Assembly: GCA_963796275.1 (NCBI GenBank)
Contig: CAWCKY010000006.1
Coordinates: forward strand, 192,001 to 256,000
Direction of reading: 5' to 3'
DNA length: 64,000 bases
Source of the DNA: an uncultured Acidobacteriota bacterium
Lineage (GTDB): Bacteria; Acidobacteriota; Blastocatellia; RBC074
In this document: piece by piece, positions 23,401 to 33,497 of the stretch
Numbering within the stretch: the stretch's first letter is position 1
Layout: each line of letters starts with the position of its first letter
Notes under the pieces: generated by a model
What the model was told of the DNA's origin: nothing
Database searches by the model: none
The model's input: only the letters and a program-made list of their open reading frames with translations
Position numbers and translations under genes: made by a program

Positions 23401-24341
23401 CCTGGATTGATAGAGCTTTGACGAATATTCCGATTGGGAAAGCGTCAGCCAATAATCTTCTCTATATCCTCGATAAGAATTGCGAACCTGCGCCTATAGG
23501 TATCCCTGGAGAACTATATGTTGGCGGCGGAGGGTTGACTCGCGGCTACCTCGATCGAGCCGCGTTGACCGCCGAAGCATTCGTCCCCAACCCCTTCAGT
23601 CATGAACCAGGTGCGCGGCTATACAAGACTGGCGACCTGGCTCGATACCTGTCCGACGGGAACATAGAGTTCCTGGGCCGCAGCGACCATCAAGTCAAAG
23701 TCCGCGGCTTTCGTATCGAATTGGCGGAGATCGAAGCGGTATTGGCTCAACACCCGGCCGTCCGGGAAGCCGTCGTGTTGGCCCGCGAGGAGGTGGCCGG
23801 CGAGAAACGACTGGTGGCGTACGTCGCGCTCGATCCTATCGAGGGGGGCGCCGCGCCAAACGGCGTAAAACTGAGAAGCTACTTGCGGCAAAGGCTGCCT
23901 GAGTACATGACGCCGTCCGTCTTCGTCGAATTGGGCGCCCTGCCGCTGACGCCGAACGGGAAGGTGGATCGCCGTGCGCTTCCGGCTCCCGAGAAGACGC
24001 GCCCGGATTTGGAGAGCGCATTCGCCGCGCCTCGCAATCCAATAGAAGAAAAGCTGGCCGAAATCACCGCGCAGATTCTCCGGATCGAAAAGCCAGGGAT
24101 TCACGACAATTTCTTTGAATTGGGCGGGCATTCGTTATTGGCGACTCAGTTCATATCCCGCGTGCGCAACGCTTTCCAGGTGGAGTTGACTCTGCGGAGC
24201 GTTTTTACCGGACCCACGATCGCCGAACTTGCCGAAGCGATTGAGAAGGCCAGGGATGGCGGACTTGAGCCGGCCGCGCCCGCGATGAAAGCAATTCCCA
24301 GAGAGACAAGACGGGTCAAAACCACAACATTATCCAAATGA
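14425..24341 (+). CDS. Trimodular NRPS I-A-T-C-A-T-C-A-T, interrupted by two equivalent 1-nt frameshifts (~18355, ~21557)
   Basis: GFRLSPQQ / LPSLCAD I domain; three A domains (codes DFWHFGQVDK, DATQIALIDK, DFFHHGGVNK); three GGHSLL PCPs; two HHIISDVWS C domains. ORFs 14425-18654, 18089-21856 and 21291-24341 fuse if one G is removed from gtggtg(g)gatctg in each copy. Confidence 0.88.
15787..19347 (+). repeat. ~370-bp near-identical direct repeat (15787-16154 vs 18980-19347), A-domain N-terminus
   Basis: Both begin gtcgagtggaacgataccaaagttgaatatccg and run to cagcagcggctgctcga. Confidence 0.9.
16771..22157 (+). repeat. ~2.19-kb near-identical direct repeat (16771-18955 vs 19973-22157): A C-terminus, PCP and C
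   Basis: Constant 3202-bp offset; identical shadow ORFs in the ORF track; few differences, mostly in the PCP (IARKLEVF vs ITRMRGIF). Confidence 0.95.
22596..22774 (+). repeat. In-frame 81-bp tandem repeat (2 full copies plus partial) inside an A domain
   Basis: Units start at 22596, 22677, 22758; encode AQ[N/D]SIF.PQ.SISDL.AGDGRRNASSI. Confidence 0.9.
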
Positions 24342-25621
24342 ATAGAGGGCACAGGATGAGCGCCGCACAAGAAAACCGCCAAAGCTCCGTTTCGTTTTAT
24401 CTGGACGCAGTGGGGATGGCTTTGCAGGAGATATTGGCCCATAAACTGCGCGCCTTTTTGACTTTGATCGGGATCATCATCGGGGTGTCCTCAGTAGTGC
24501 TGGTGGGCGCCGCCATCAGCGGGCTGAACGCTTATATCTCGAAGCGGATTTCGGAACTGTTCGGGCCCAACCACTTCATGATTGCCCGGATCGCTTACGC
24601 GGGAAAGATAAGCCAGGAACGGTTGGAAGAGATGTCCCGTCGGAACAAGCAGATCGAGTGGGATGATTACGAGTGGCTGAAACGTCATTGCGCGTCGTGC
24701 GCCGAGGTTGGGGCGGCGGCCCGGCTTCGGGTTGATCTAGATCACGAGGGGCGGGAACTGACCGGCGCGTGGATCGTCGGCGTGACCGACAATATGAAGG
24801 ATATCGAGAACAAGACGATCGTTGACGGGCGTTTCATCGTCCCTCACGAAGTCGAACACGCCTCTCTCGTGTGTGTCATCGGAATGGACTTGCGTGAGAA
24901 GTTCTTCCCCGACCGCGATCCTCTCGGCCATACGATCAAGGTCAGCGGCTTGCCGCTGCGGATCGTGGGCGTGGAGAAGAGACGCGGGGCGTTTCTGGGC
25001 GATTCGATGGATAACCAGGCCTACATCCCGCTGACGACTTTCGGACGCTTGTTCGGCCGGCGGCTGAATTTGGAGCTGCATGGTCGCGCTGCGAATCGCG
25101 AAGAGCTCGACACGACGATAGAAGAGGCGCGTATGAGTATGCGTAACCGGCGCCAACTGGCGCCCGGTGAGGAGGACAATTTCGCCATTGCCAACGTGGA
25201 AGAACTCAGCACTCAAGTTGATCAGTTCACCAGAATCATCACCCTGGTGGTGACGCCTCTCACGCTCATCTCGCTCCTCGTGGGCGGGATCGTAATTATG
25301 AACATCATGCTGGTCAGCGTCACCGAGAGAACTTTCGAGATCGGACTGCGCAAGTCCATGGGCGCGCGGCGCAAACATATCCTGCTGCAATTTTTGATCG
25401 AATCGGCGCTGCTGGCTTTCTTGGGCGGAGTGTTGGGGTTGTCCCTCGCGGCCGCCGTCGCATGGATGATGAACGTGGCGACCACCGTGCCGATGAAGAT
25501 CACGCCTTTTTACATTATTCTGTCGCTTTTGGTTTCGGGAGGCATTGGATTGATCTTCGGCGTCTACCCCGCCTACAAGGCGGCGCGGCTTGATCCGATA
25601 GTGGCGTTGAACAAGGAATAA
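24338..25621 (+). CDS. ABC transporter permease, MacB/FtsX family
   Basis: LRAFLTLIGIIIGV; GGIVIMNIMLVSVTERTFEIGLRKSMGA; PAYKAARLDPI. Confidence 0.93.
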   Translation: MNRGHRMSAAQENRQSSVSFYLDAVGMALQEILAHKLRAFLTLIGIIIGVSSVVLVGAAISGLNAYISKRISELFGPNHFMIARIAYAGKISQERLEEMSRRNKQIEWDDYEWLKRHCASCAEVGAAARLRVDLDHEGRELTGAWIVGVTDNMKDIENKTIVDGRFIVPHEVEHASLVCVIGMDLREKFFPDRDPLGHTIKVSGLPLRIVGVEKRRGAFLGDSMDNQAYIPLTTFGRLFGRRLNLELHGRAANREELDTTIEEARMSMRNRRQLAPGEEDNFAIANVEELSTQVDQFTRIITLVVTPLTLISLLVGGIVIMNIMLVSVTERTFEIGLRKSMGARRKHILLQFLIESALLAFLGGVLGLSLAAAVAWMMNVATTVPMKITPFYIILSLLVSGGIGLIFGVYPAYKAARLDPIVALNKE

Positions 25622-25707
25622 AGTTGTTTAAGCAGTGAGGCGAAAGCTGCGCGGTAAAACCGTTACACCTTTGAAAATTTTGCCTGCGCACTTAAGAGGG
25701 GAAGAGC

Positions 25708-26961
25708 ATGAAGTCCTATAAATTTAGGTTAGGCGAAGCGGTCGTGATCGCGCTGGGCAGCGTGCGGGTGCACAAGTTCCGCAGCTTTCTGACCATTCTC
25801 GGGATCGTTATCGGAGTGATGACCGTGATCGTAGTCGCCTCGCTGCTCACCGGCATGCGCAAAAGCTTGGTGGGCCTGATAGAACAGTATGGCGCCAGCA
25901 ACATCTACGCATTCCACTATTCGACTGGGCCCAGTATCAGATCAAGGGATCGCAGCGAGATCAGACGAAAACCGCTGCGGCCGGAAGATGGCGAGGCGAT
26001 CCTCGCGCGGGCGGACGCGGTCGAGGATGTCGCTAACATCGGTTACGTCTCGCGAATAGATCGCACCCTAGGTTATCAGGGAGCGACTTACAAACGGGCG
26101 TACCTGCAGGGCGTCACGCCCAGTTATGCGCGAGTTGCCGGTCTGAATTTGCGGGAGGGGCGCTTCATAAATGAGCTTGATGACGTACACAGGCGCGACG
26201 TCATTGTCGTCGGCGTCAACGTGGTCGAAGCCCTCTTCCCGCATCTGAGCCGGATCGTCGGGCAGCGGATAGTTTTGAGCGGCAAGATATTTGAAGTTAT
26301 CGGCGTGCTGGAGCAGAGAAAGAGCGGCTTCTTCATCGAGAACGAGGAGGACAACGTCGCGTTCATCCCTTATCAGACAGCGCGTAAGTTGTCGCCTGAA
26401 GACGAGTCGTTGATGCTGATGATCCGCGCCAGGGCTGGAGAACTGAGGCAGGCGTTGAATCAGACCGAAGAGATTCTGCGCCGCCAGCGGGGAATCGGAT
26501 TCGACGAGCCGAACAATTTCGATCTGAAAACGGCGGACAGGTTCGCGGAGCAGTTCGACAACATCACGGGAACCGTGGGTCTGGTGGCTATCGCGATCTC
26601 CGGCATCTCGCTGCTGGTCGGCGGGATCGGGGTTATGAACATTATGCTAGTAACCGTGACGGAGCGCACGCGAGAGATCGGCATCCGCAAGGCTGTCGGA
26701 GCGCGCCGTCGTGACATCGCGGGGCAATTTCTGTTCGAAGCCATGACGTTGACTTCTCTGGGCGGAATACTGGGAGTCGCGCTCGCCTTGGCGATCAGCT
26801 CCGCCGCCAGACTTTTCCTCCCTGAGCTTCCGGCCTCGATACCTCTGTGGGCGGTCGGCGCCGGAGTAGCGGTCGCGACCGTTACGGGCCTCGTCTTCGG
26901 CGTCTGGCCGGCGAGGAAGGCTGCCCGTCTGGAACCGACTGAATGCCTGAGTTACGAATAA
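25708..26961 (+). CDS. ABC transporter permease, MacB/FtsX family
   Basis: [13 protein letters not shown]; [28 protein letters not shown]. Confidence 0.93.
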   Translation: MKSYKFRLGEAVVIALGSVRVHKFRSFLTILGIVIGVMTVIVVASLLTGMRKSLVGLIEQYGASNIYAFHYSTGPSIRSRDRSEIRRKPLRPEDGEAILARADAVEDVANIGYVSRIDRTLGYQGATYKRAYLQGVTPSYARVAGLNLREGRFINELDDVHRRDVIVVGVNVVEALFPHLSRIVGQRIVLSGKIFEVIGVLEQRKSGFFIENEEDNVAFIPYQTARKLSPEDESLMLMIRARAGELRQALNQTEEILRRQRGIGFDEPNNFDLKTADRFAEQFDNITGTVGLVAIAISGISLLVGGIGVMNIMLVTVTERTREIGIRKAVGARRRDIAGQFLFEAMTLTSLGGILGVALALAISSAARLFLPELPASIPLWAVGAGVAVATVTGLVFGVWPARKAARLEPTECLSYE

Positions 26962-27011
26962 GTACCACATCAAGTAAGACTAAGTTATTCGATGTTTAGA
27001 TGGCGATTCGA

Positions 27012-27079
27012 TCAGTACCGCGAGCGGTAGCGAGCGGGTTGATTGCGAAAGATCCGCTCGCTACCGCTCGCGGTACTGA
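27012..27079. repeat. REP-like perfect hairpin
   Basis: tcagtaccgcgagcggtagcgagcgg ... ccgctcgctaccgctcgcggtactga. Confidence 0.85.
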
Positions 27080-27136
27080 TTCGCCGTTCATCAACTAAGC
27101 GTGTAGGCAAAAATTCTGAGGTGTGATCAAAATCAT

Positions 27137-30100
27137 ATGGATATTTCGGATCAGATTTCGGATCAGGATGTTTATGTCTTCCCAGCCTCTTTCGCACAGC
27201 GAAGGATGTGGTTCCTGGATCAATTCCAGCCCGGAAGCCCTTTCTACAATGTTCCAATGGCGGTTCGCATTAAAGGCGCGTTGCGCGTAGCTGCGCTGGA
27301 ACAGGTGATTAAGGAGATCGTCCGGCGGCACGAGTCCTTGCGCACCACTTTCGCCGTCATGGACGGCGAGCCGGTTCAGGTGATCCATAAAGACGGGCCG
27401 GCGATGGACATCGTCCTGGACCGAGTGGATATTCATCGTTTGCCGGCACCTGAGCGAGAGGCTGAAATCCATCGCCGGGTAATGGCGGAAGCTCAACTGC
27501 CTTTTAACCTCTCTGAAGGGCCTTTGTTGCGGGCGACGTTACTGAAACTGGGAGAGCGAGACCACGCGTTCCTGCTGACAATGCACCACATCGTCTCTGA
27601 CGCCTGGTCGCAGGGAGTCTTTATCCGGGAGATGGCGATTCTCTACGACGTGTTCTCCAAAGAGAAGCCATTGCCACTTCCCGATCTGCCTCTTCAATAC
27701 GCCGACTTCACGGAATGGCAGCGGGATTGGTTGCGGGGCGAGGTGATGGAGGCGCAGCTCAATTACTGGCGCGGGCGGTTGGGCGACAATCCTCCGCCGC
27801 TGATGCTTCCCACCGATTATCCTAGGCCGTCGGTGAATACCGCGCGCGGCGCCAAACTATCCCGCTCACTCTCGAAACCTCTGGCGAATACGCTGCAAAA
27901 GCTAAGCCGGCGCGAGGGCGCCACCCTGTTTATGACCTTGCTGGCTGCCTTCCAGGTTCTGCTGCATCGCTACACGGGCCAGGACGACATCAGCATAGGG
28001 ACGCCGGTCGCCAACCGCAACCGGGCCGAGATCGAAGGCCTGATCGGCTGTTTCATCAACACATTGGTTATGCGAACCAATCTCTCGGGCGATCCGAGCT
28101 TCCGCGAACTGTTGTGGCGCGCGCGTGAAGTGGCTCTAGGCGCTTACGCCCATCAGGACCTGCCTTTTGAAAAACTGGTTGAAGATCTCAAGCCCGAGCG
28201 GAATATGAGCCGCCAATCGTTCTTCCAAGTCATGCTAATTCTGCAGAACGTGCCCAGAAAGGTTGAAATCGGCGAGCATGGGCTGACGCTGAGCGTCTTG
28301 AAGATAGATAAGGGAACCTCGAACTTCGATCTGACCTTGACAATGGTGGAAGACTTCAAGGGGTTGATCGCGACGGCGGAATACAACACCGATCTTTTCG
28401 AAGCCGCGACCATCGAACGCCTGCTCCGACATTTTCAGACTTTGCTGGAAGGCGTTGTCGCCGACCCGGACCGGCGTATTTCAGATTTGCCCCTCCTGAA
28501 TGAGTCGGAGCAACGCCTGCTCTTGACCGCGTGGAATGATACAAGGGCGGCGTATCCGCGCAACAAATGCGTGCATGAGTTGTTCGAGGCGCAGGTGGAG
28601 CGAAGCTCCGACGCGATTGCGCTGGTGGTCGAGGAGGAGCAGCTTACCTACCGGGAGTTGAACCGCCGGGCCAATCAACTCGCCGCCTACCTCGGAAAGC
28701 TCGGGGTCGGGCCGGAAACGCCGGTGGGCTTTTGCCTGGAGCGTTCCCCGGAGATGGTCGTCGGTATCCTCGGCATCTTGAAGGCCGGTGGAACCTACGT
28801 GCCGTTAGACCCGGCGTATCCCAAAGAGCGCCTGGCCTTCATGCTGGAAGATACTCGGACGCCAGTGATCCTGACTCAGCAAAGGTTGATCGAGCACCTG
28901 CCGGAGCATCAGGCCAGTGTCGTTCGAATAGACGCAGACTGGGAATTGATGACAGAGGAGAGCGAGGCGAATCGGGCGAGCGGGGCGACAGCCGGTCATC
29001 TGGCCTACATCATGTACACTTCAGGCTCGACCGGCAGGCCGAAAGGGATCGCCATCCAGCACCGGGCCATCAACCGGCTGGTCTTCAATACCAACTACAT
29101 CGAGATAACGCCCGAGGACCGGATGCTGCTGGCGTCGAACTCGGCCTTCGACGCGGCGACCTTCGAGTTGTGGGGCGCGCTGCTGCACGGAGCGCGGCTA
29201 GTGGGGGTCAGCAGAGAGGCGGTCATATCGCCTCGGGAGCTCGCCGCCTCCATCCGGGATCACGGAATAAGCGCGATGTGGCTGACGGCGGCCCTCTTCA
29301 ATCAAATGACGCGCGAAGTCCCCAAGGCTTTCGGCGCCGTGAAACACCTGCTCATTGGGGGCGAGGCGCTTGATCCCCACCGGGTGCGAGAGGCGCTCAA
29401 GAATGACCCGCCCGCTCGGTTGGTGAACGGGTATGGGCCGACGGAGGGCACGACCTTCACTACCTGGTACCTGGCGCAAGAGGCGGCGGAAGGAGCGAGC
29501 TCCATTCCCATAGGTCGACCTATCTCTAACACGCAAACATATTTGTTGGATCGTAACCAACAGCCCACGCCCATAGGGATTGCGGGCGAGTTATACATCG
29601 GTGGGGATGGACTGGCGCGCGGTTATTTCAATAGGCCGGAGCTGACGGCGGAGAAGTTCGTCCCGAATCCATATAGCGAGCGGCCGGGCGCGCGGCTCTA
29701 CCGGACGGGAGACCTGGTCCGTTACCTGCCGGATGGCGCGATTGAGTTCCTGGGGCGGCTCGATCATCAGGTGAAGCTCCGCGGTTTCCGCATAGAGTTG
29801 GGCGAGATCGAGACCACGCTACAACAGCATCCGGCGATTCAGGAAGCAGTAATTCTGGCCAGGGAGGATGAGCCTGGTAATAAGCGCTTAGTAGCTTATC
29901 TAGTAAGCGTAGGGGATGCGGCGCCCACCATTGAGGAGTTGCACAGTTTTCTGCGGCAGAAACTGCCCTGGTATATGGCGCCGAGTGCTTATGTCTGGCT
30001 GGAGTCCCTGCCGGTGACTCCGAATGGGAAGATTGACCGGCGCGCCCTGCCCGCACCGGATAAGACGCGGCCGCAGTTGGAAGCAGCCTTCGTCGCGCCT

Positions 30101-30391
30101 CGCACCCCAACGGAAGAACAGTTGGCCGCAATCTACGCAGAGGTTCTGGGTCTTGAGCGAGTGGGCATCAGCGACCATTTCTTCGATCTTGGCGGTCACT
30201 CGCTGCTTGCCACGCAGGTGATTTCCCGCGTTCGTCAGTCTTTCGAGATAGAACTCCCTTTGCGCTCCCTCTTTGAAACTCCCACGGTAGCCGGACTTGC
30301 CGAAAACATTGAATCAATCCTGTGGGCGGCGCATCGCTCACAGTCCACCCTCGACTCCGCGGCAGATGACCGGGAAGAGGGAGAAATCTAA
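27137..30391 (+). CDS. NRPS module C(LCL)-A(Val)-PCP
   Basis: HHIVSDAWS; code DAFWLGGTFK (Val type); GGHSLLATQ; acidic docking tail DREEGEI. Confidence 0.93.
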   Translation: MDISDQISDQDVYVFPASFAQRRMWFLDQFQPGSPFYNVPMAVRIKGALRVAALEQVIKEIVRRHESLRTTFAVMDGEPVQVIHKDGPAMDIVLDRVDIHRLPAPEREAEIHRRVMAEAQLPFNLSEGPLLRATLLKLGERDHAFLLTMHHIVSDAWSQGVFIREMAILYDVFSKEKPLPLPDLPLQYADFTEWQRDWLRGEVMEAQLNYWRGRLGDNPPPLMLPTDYPRPSVNTARGAKLSRSLSKPLANTLQKLSRREGATLFMTLLAAFQVLLHRYTGQDDISIGTPVANRNRAEIEGLIGCFINTLVMRTNLSGDPSFRELLWRAREVALGAYAHQDLPFEKLVEDLKPERNMSRQSFFQVMLILQNVPRKVEIGEHGLTLSVLKIDKGTSNFDLTLTMVEDFKGLIATAEYNTDLFEAATIERLLRHFQTLLEGVVADPDRRISDLPLLNESEQRLLLTAWNDTRAAYPRNKCVHELFEAQVERSSDAIALVVEEEQLTYRELNRRANQLAAYLGKLGVGPETPVGFCLERSPEMVVGILGILKAGGTYVPLDPAYPKERLAFMLEDTRTPVILTQQRLIEHLPEHQASVVRIDADWELMTEESEANRASGATAGHLAYIMYTSGSTGRPKGIAIQHRAINRLVFNTNYIEITPEDRMLLASNSAFDAATFELWGALLHGARLVGVSREAVISPRELAASIRDHGISAMWLTAALFNQMTREVPKAFGAVKHLLIGGEALDPHRVREALKNDPPARLVNGYGPTEGTTFTTWYLAQEAAEGASSIPIGRPISNTQTYLLDRNQQPTPIGIAGELYIGGDGLARGYFNRPELTAEKFVPNPYSERPGARLYRTGDLVRYLPDGAIEFLGRLDHQVKLRGFRIELGEIETTLQQHPAIQEAVILAREDEPGNKRLVAYLVSVGDAAPTIEELHSFLRQKLPWYMAPSAYVWLESLPVTPNGKIDRRALPAPDKTRPQLEAAFVAPRTPTEEQLAAIYAEVLGLERVGISDHFFDLGGHSLLATQVISRVRQSFEIELPLRSLFETPTVAGLAENIESILWAAHRSQSTLDSAADDREEGEI

Positions 30392-30407
30392 TAAGTTCAG
30401 AGTAGAT

Positions 30408-33400
30408 ATGAAAACCATTGAGCTTCTGTCCCGCCTTCGCGGTCTCGACGTTAAACTTTGGACCGAGGCTGAACGACTGCGCTATAGCGCGCCTGACGGC
30501 GTGATAACACCGGCCCTGCGCGCGGAGATGGCTGAACGCAAGACGGATATTCTTGCATTTCTGCGCCGGGCGGAAGCGGCAGTGAAGCCCGCCGCTCCCG
30601 CCATCCTGCCGGTCTCACGCAATGGCGAGGCGCCGTTATCTTTCGCTCAGCAGCGGTTGTGGGTTCAAGAACAACTGTCACCAGGCAGCGCTCTCTACAA
30701 CATCTCCCAGGCAATTCAAGTGAATGGTGGGCTCAATGTAACCGCGCTCGAGCTAACTTTGAACGAGATCGTGCGGCGACACGAAATTTTGCGCACGACT
30801 TTCGCGGCGCCCGATTTCCAGGTGAGCGGAAATCCCGTTCAAGTTATCGTTCCAACGCTTCGTCTGGCGCTGCCGATAGTAGACCTCCAGGAATTCCGGG
30901 AGACGGAACGAGAGGCGGAAACCTGGCGTCTGGCCGCGAGTGAGGCCGGTCGGCCTTTCGATCTTTCCCGAGGGCCGCTCCTGCGCGCCGTCTTGTTGCG
31001 GCTGGGTCGGAAGCGCCACGTGGTTCTCTTCACCCTGCACCACATCATCAGCGACGGCTGGTCAATGGGCGTGCTGGCGCGAGAAATGGGAACGCTTTAC
31101 GAATCCTTCGCCGACGGCCGCCCTTCGCCATTGCCGGAGTTGCCTATCCAGTATGCGGACTTTGCGTACTGGCAGAGGCAATGGCTACAGGGAGAGACGC
31201 TCGCGGCTCAGCTCTCTTACTGGAGGCGGCATCTGGGGGGCGCCCCTGCCTCCCTGGAATTGCCTACGGATCGTCCGCGACCGGCGGTTCAAACCTTTCG
31301 GGGGGCGCATCAACCACTGGCGCTGTCCGCTACTTTATCCGGCTCGCTCAAGGAGCTAAGTCGCCGGGAAGGCGTGACGTTATTCATGACATTATTGGCA
31401 GCGTTCAATACGCTGCTCTATCGTTGCACGGGCCAGGAGGACATCGTTGTCAGCACGCCCACTGCAGGTCGCGCCAATGTCGAACTCGAAGGGTTGATTG
31501 GTTTCTTTATCAACAAGCTGATGCTGCGCGCCGATCTTTCGGGCGATCCGAGTTTCAGTGAATTGCTGGGTCGGGTGCGCGAGATGGTCTTGGGAGCATT
31601 CGCCAACCAGGACGTCCCATTCGAAAAACTGGTGGACGAACTACAGCCGGAGCGGGACCAAAGCCGCACGCCCTGGACTCAGACGGCATTCGTTTTACAG
31701 AGCGCCTCGACCGCATCGCTTGCGGCTCCGGGCCTGATCTTCAGCCCGCTAAAAATCGAAAGCGCGACGGCCAAGACGGATTTGATCCTATCTCTGTCGG
31801 AGCGCCCAGCCGGACTCCAAGGCTCGTTCGAGTTCAACACGGATATTTTCGAGGCTTCGACCATCGCTCGGATGGCCGGCCATTTCCAAACAATGTTGGA
31901 GAGCATCGTCGCTGACCCGGAGCAACGCATCTCGATGCTCGCTCCCTCGCCTGGGATGCTGTTATCTTCGGTCAAACCGTCCCGCATGGATGAACTCGAT
32001 CAACTCTACGCAGGCTCGAACCTGACAAAAAATCAGCTCCTGATCTGGACCGGGCAGAAATTAAGGCCGGATGCGCCAATCTACAACGCGGCGTTGTCCT
32101 TCGTTATCCAGGGTAAGATTTCGCTCGAGAACTTCCAGCGAGCGTTTCAGACGCTGGTCAATTCCAGCGACGCTTTGCGCACAGTGATCGAGGAGAGAGA
32201 CGGCGTCCCGCGGCAACGAGTCATCCCTGATCTACCCTACGCCGTCGAATACCTCGACTTTTCACAGAAAGTTGATCCTGAAGCGGAGTTTGATTCCTGG
32301 ATGTATCAACGACGTATTGCGCCGTTCGACTTCGCGAAACGCTTATTCGATACAGCCCTGATAAAGCTATCGGACGGGAAATTCGCCTGGTATCTAAATC
32401 AGCACCACATTATCTGTGACCATCAGTCGATCTGGTTGATCTTTCAACGGATGTCTGAATTCTACGGGCGCGCTCTGGAGGGGCGGTTGGAAGAGAAGGT
32501 GAAACTGCCCGTCTTTCAAGATTACCTGGATTACGAACGAGAGTATCGGAGCTCATTGCAGTATCTGAAATCAAGGGCCTATTGGGAGAGGAAACTAACC
32601 GACGAGCCTGAGCCGATTGCGTTCTATGGCAAAGTTCCTCATAAGCCGACGACGCGCATCCGACATGTGACTTATAAGCTGGATTCAGAACGAACACGAA
32701 AGCTTAAGGTCCTTGCGCTTTCCGCGGACGTCTTCGTGAAGACGGAGAAAGCATCGCTGTTTAATGTATTGGCCGTGGTTCTTGGGGTCCATCTCTATCA
32801 CATCAGTGGAAGCCGGCGCTTTTCGCTCGGAGTCGCGTCTCACAATCGTCGTTCGGAGGCATTCACAGAGACGATCGGCGTTCTCATGGAGGTTCATCCG
32901 CTGTACCTGGCGATTGAGGGCGACGATACGTTCCTTTCGTTGGTTAAAAAAGTGGCGGCCGAAGCACGAGAAACCCTAAAGCATAGCGAATTCATTATCA
33001 GTAAGAAGGCTTATGACGTATTTCTCAACTACCGTACAGCGAAATTTTCCGAGTTCGATGGCGCGCCGGCGCATCTGAAGAGGATTCACTCCGGACACGA
33101 AACTGACAGCTTAACCCTCAATTTGCACGAGGACGCTTCAACTGGAAACTTCGTTCTGGGTTTCGATTTTCATTGCGATGTTTTCAACGAGGAGCAGCGG
33201 AGCCATACGATTCAATGCTTTCTCAAAATTTTGGATTCTTTTTTGGAGGATCGTACGCAATCAATAGATCGTGTTGATCTTCTCTCGGCTGAGGAGAGAC
33301 AACGCATCCTGGTCGGGTTCAATCATAAAGAAGTGATATTTCCCGAAGACCAGACCATCACACGACTCTTTGAAAAGCAGGTCGAAGAAACGCCGGCGAA

Positions 33401-33497
33401 AATCGCCGCAGTTTACCAGGACGTTTCTCTGACTTTTCAGGAGTTAAACGAACAGGCGGATAAGTTAGCTAATTTGATCAGGAGGTTAAATAAATGA
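30408..33497 (+). CDS. NRPS: TubC-type N-terminal docking domain - C(LCL) - atypical second C domain - N-terminal stub of an A domain
   Basis: MKTIELLSRLRGLDVKLW...LRYSAP; HHIISDGWS; WYLNQHHIICDHQS; ends after the A1 motif LTFQELNEQADKLA. ATG 30408 preferred over TTG 30297. Confidence 0.88.
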   Translation: MKTIELLSRLRGLDVKLWTEAERLRYSAPDGVITPALRAEMAERKTDILAFLRRAEAAVKPAAPAILPVSRNGEAPLSFAQQRLWVQEQLSPGSALYNISQAIQVNGGLNVTALELTLNEIVRRHEILRTTFAAPDFQVSGNPVQVIVPTLRLALPIVDLQEFRETEREAETWRLAASEAGRPFDLSRGPLLRAVLLRLGRKRHVVLFTLHHIISDGWSMGVLAREMGTLYESFADGRPSPLPELPIQYADFAYWQRQWLQGETLAAQLSYWRRHLGGAPASLELPTDRPRPAVQTFRGAHQPLALSATLSGSLKELSRREGVTLFMTLLAAFNTLLYRCTGQEDIVVSTPTAGRANVELEGLIGFFINKLMLRADLSGDPSFSELLGRVREMVLGAFANQDVPFEKLVDELQPERDQSRTPWTQTAFVLQSASTASLAAPGLIFSPLKIESATAKTDLILSLSERPAGLQGSFEFNTDIFEASTIARMAGHFQTMLESIVADPEQRISMLAPSPGMLLSSVKPSRMDELDQLYAGSNLTKNQLLIWTGQKLRPDAPIYNAALSFVIQGKISLENFQRAFQTLVNSSDALRTVIEERDGVPRQRVIPDLPYAVEYLDFSQKVDPEAEFDSWMYQRRIAPFDFAKRLFDTALIKLSDGKFAWYLNQHHIICDHQSIWLIFQRMSEFYGRALEGRLEEKVKLPVFQDYLDYEREYRSSLQYLKSRAYWERKLTDEPEPIAFYGKVPHKPTTRIRHVTYKLDSERTRKLKVLALSADVFVKTEKASLFNVLAVVLGVHLYHISGSRRFSLGVASHNRRSEAFTETIGVLMEVHPLYLAIEGDDTFLSLVKKVAAEARETLKHSEFIISKKAYDVFLNYRTAKFSEFDGAPAHLKRIHSGHETDSLTLNLHEDASTGNFVLGFDFHCDVFNEEQRSHTIQCFLKILDSFLEDRTQSIDRVDLLSAEERQRILVGFNHKEVIFPEDQTITRLFEKQVEETPAKIAAVYQDVSLTFQELNEQADKLANLIRRLNK

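Noticed and set aside
30297-30407. TTG start for the C-C* NRPS
   Set aside because: Overlaps the previous gene; the docking domain begins at ATG 30408
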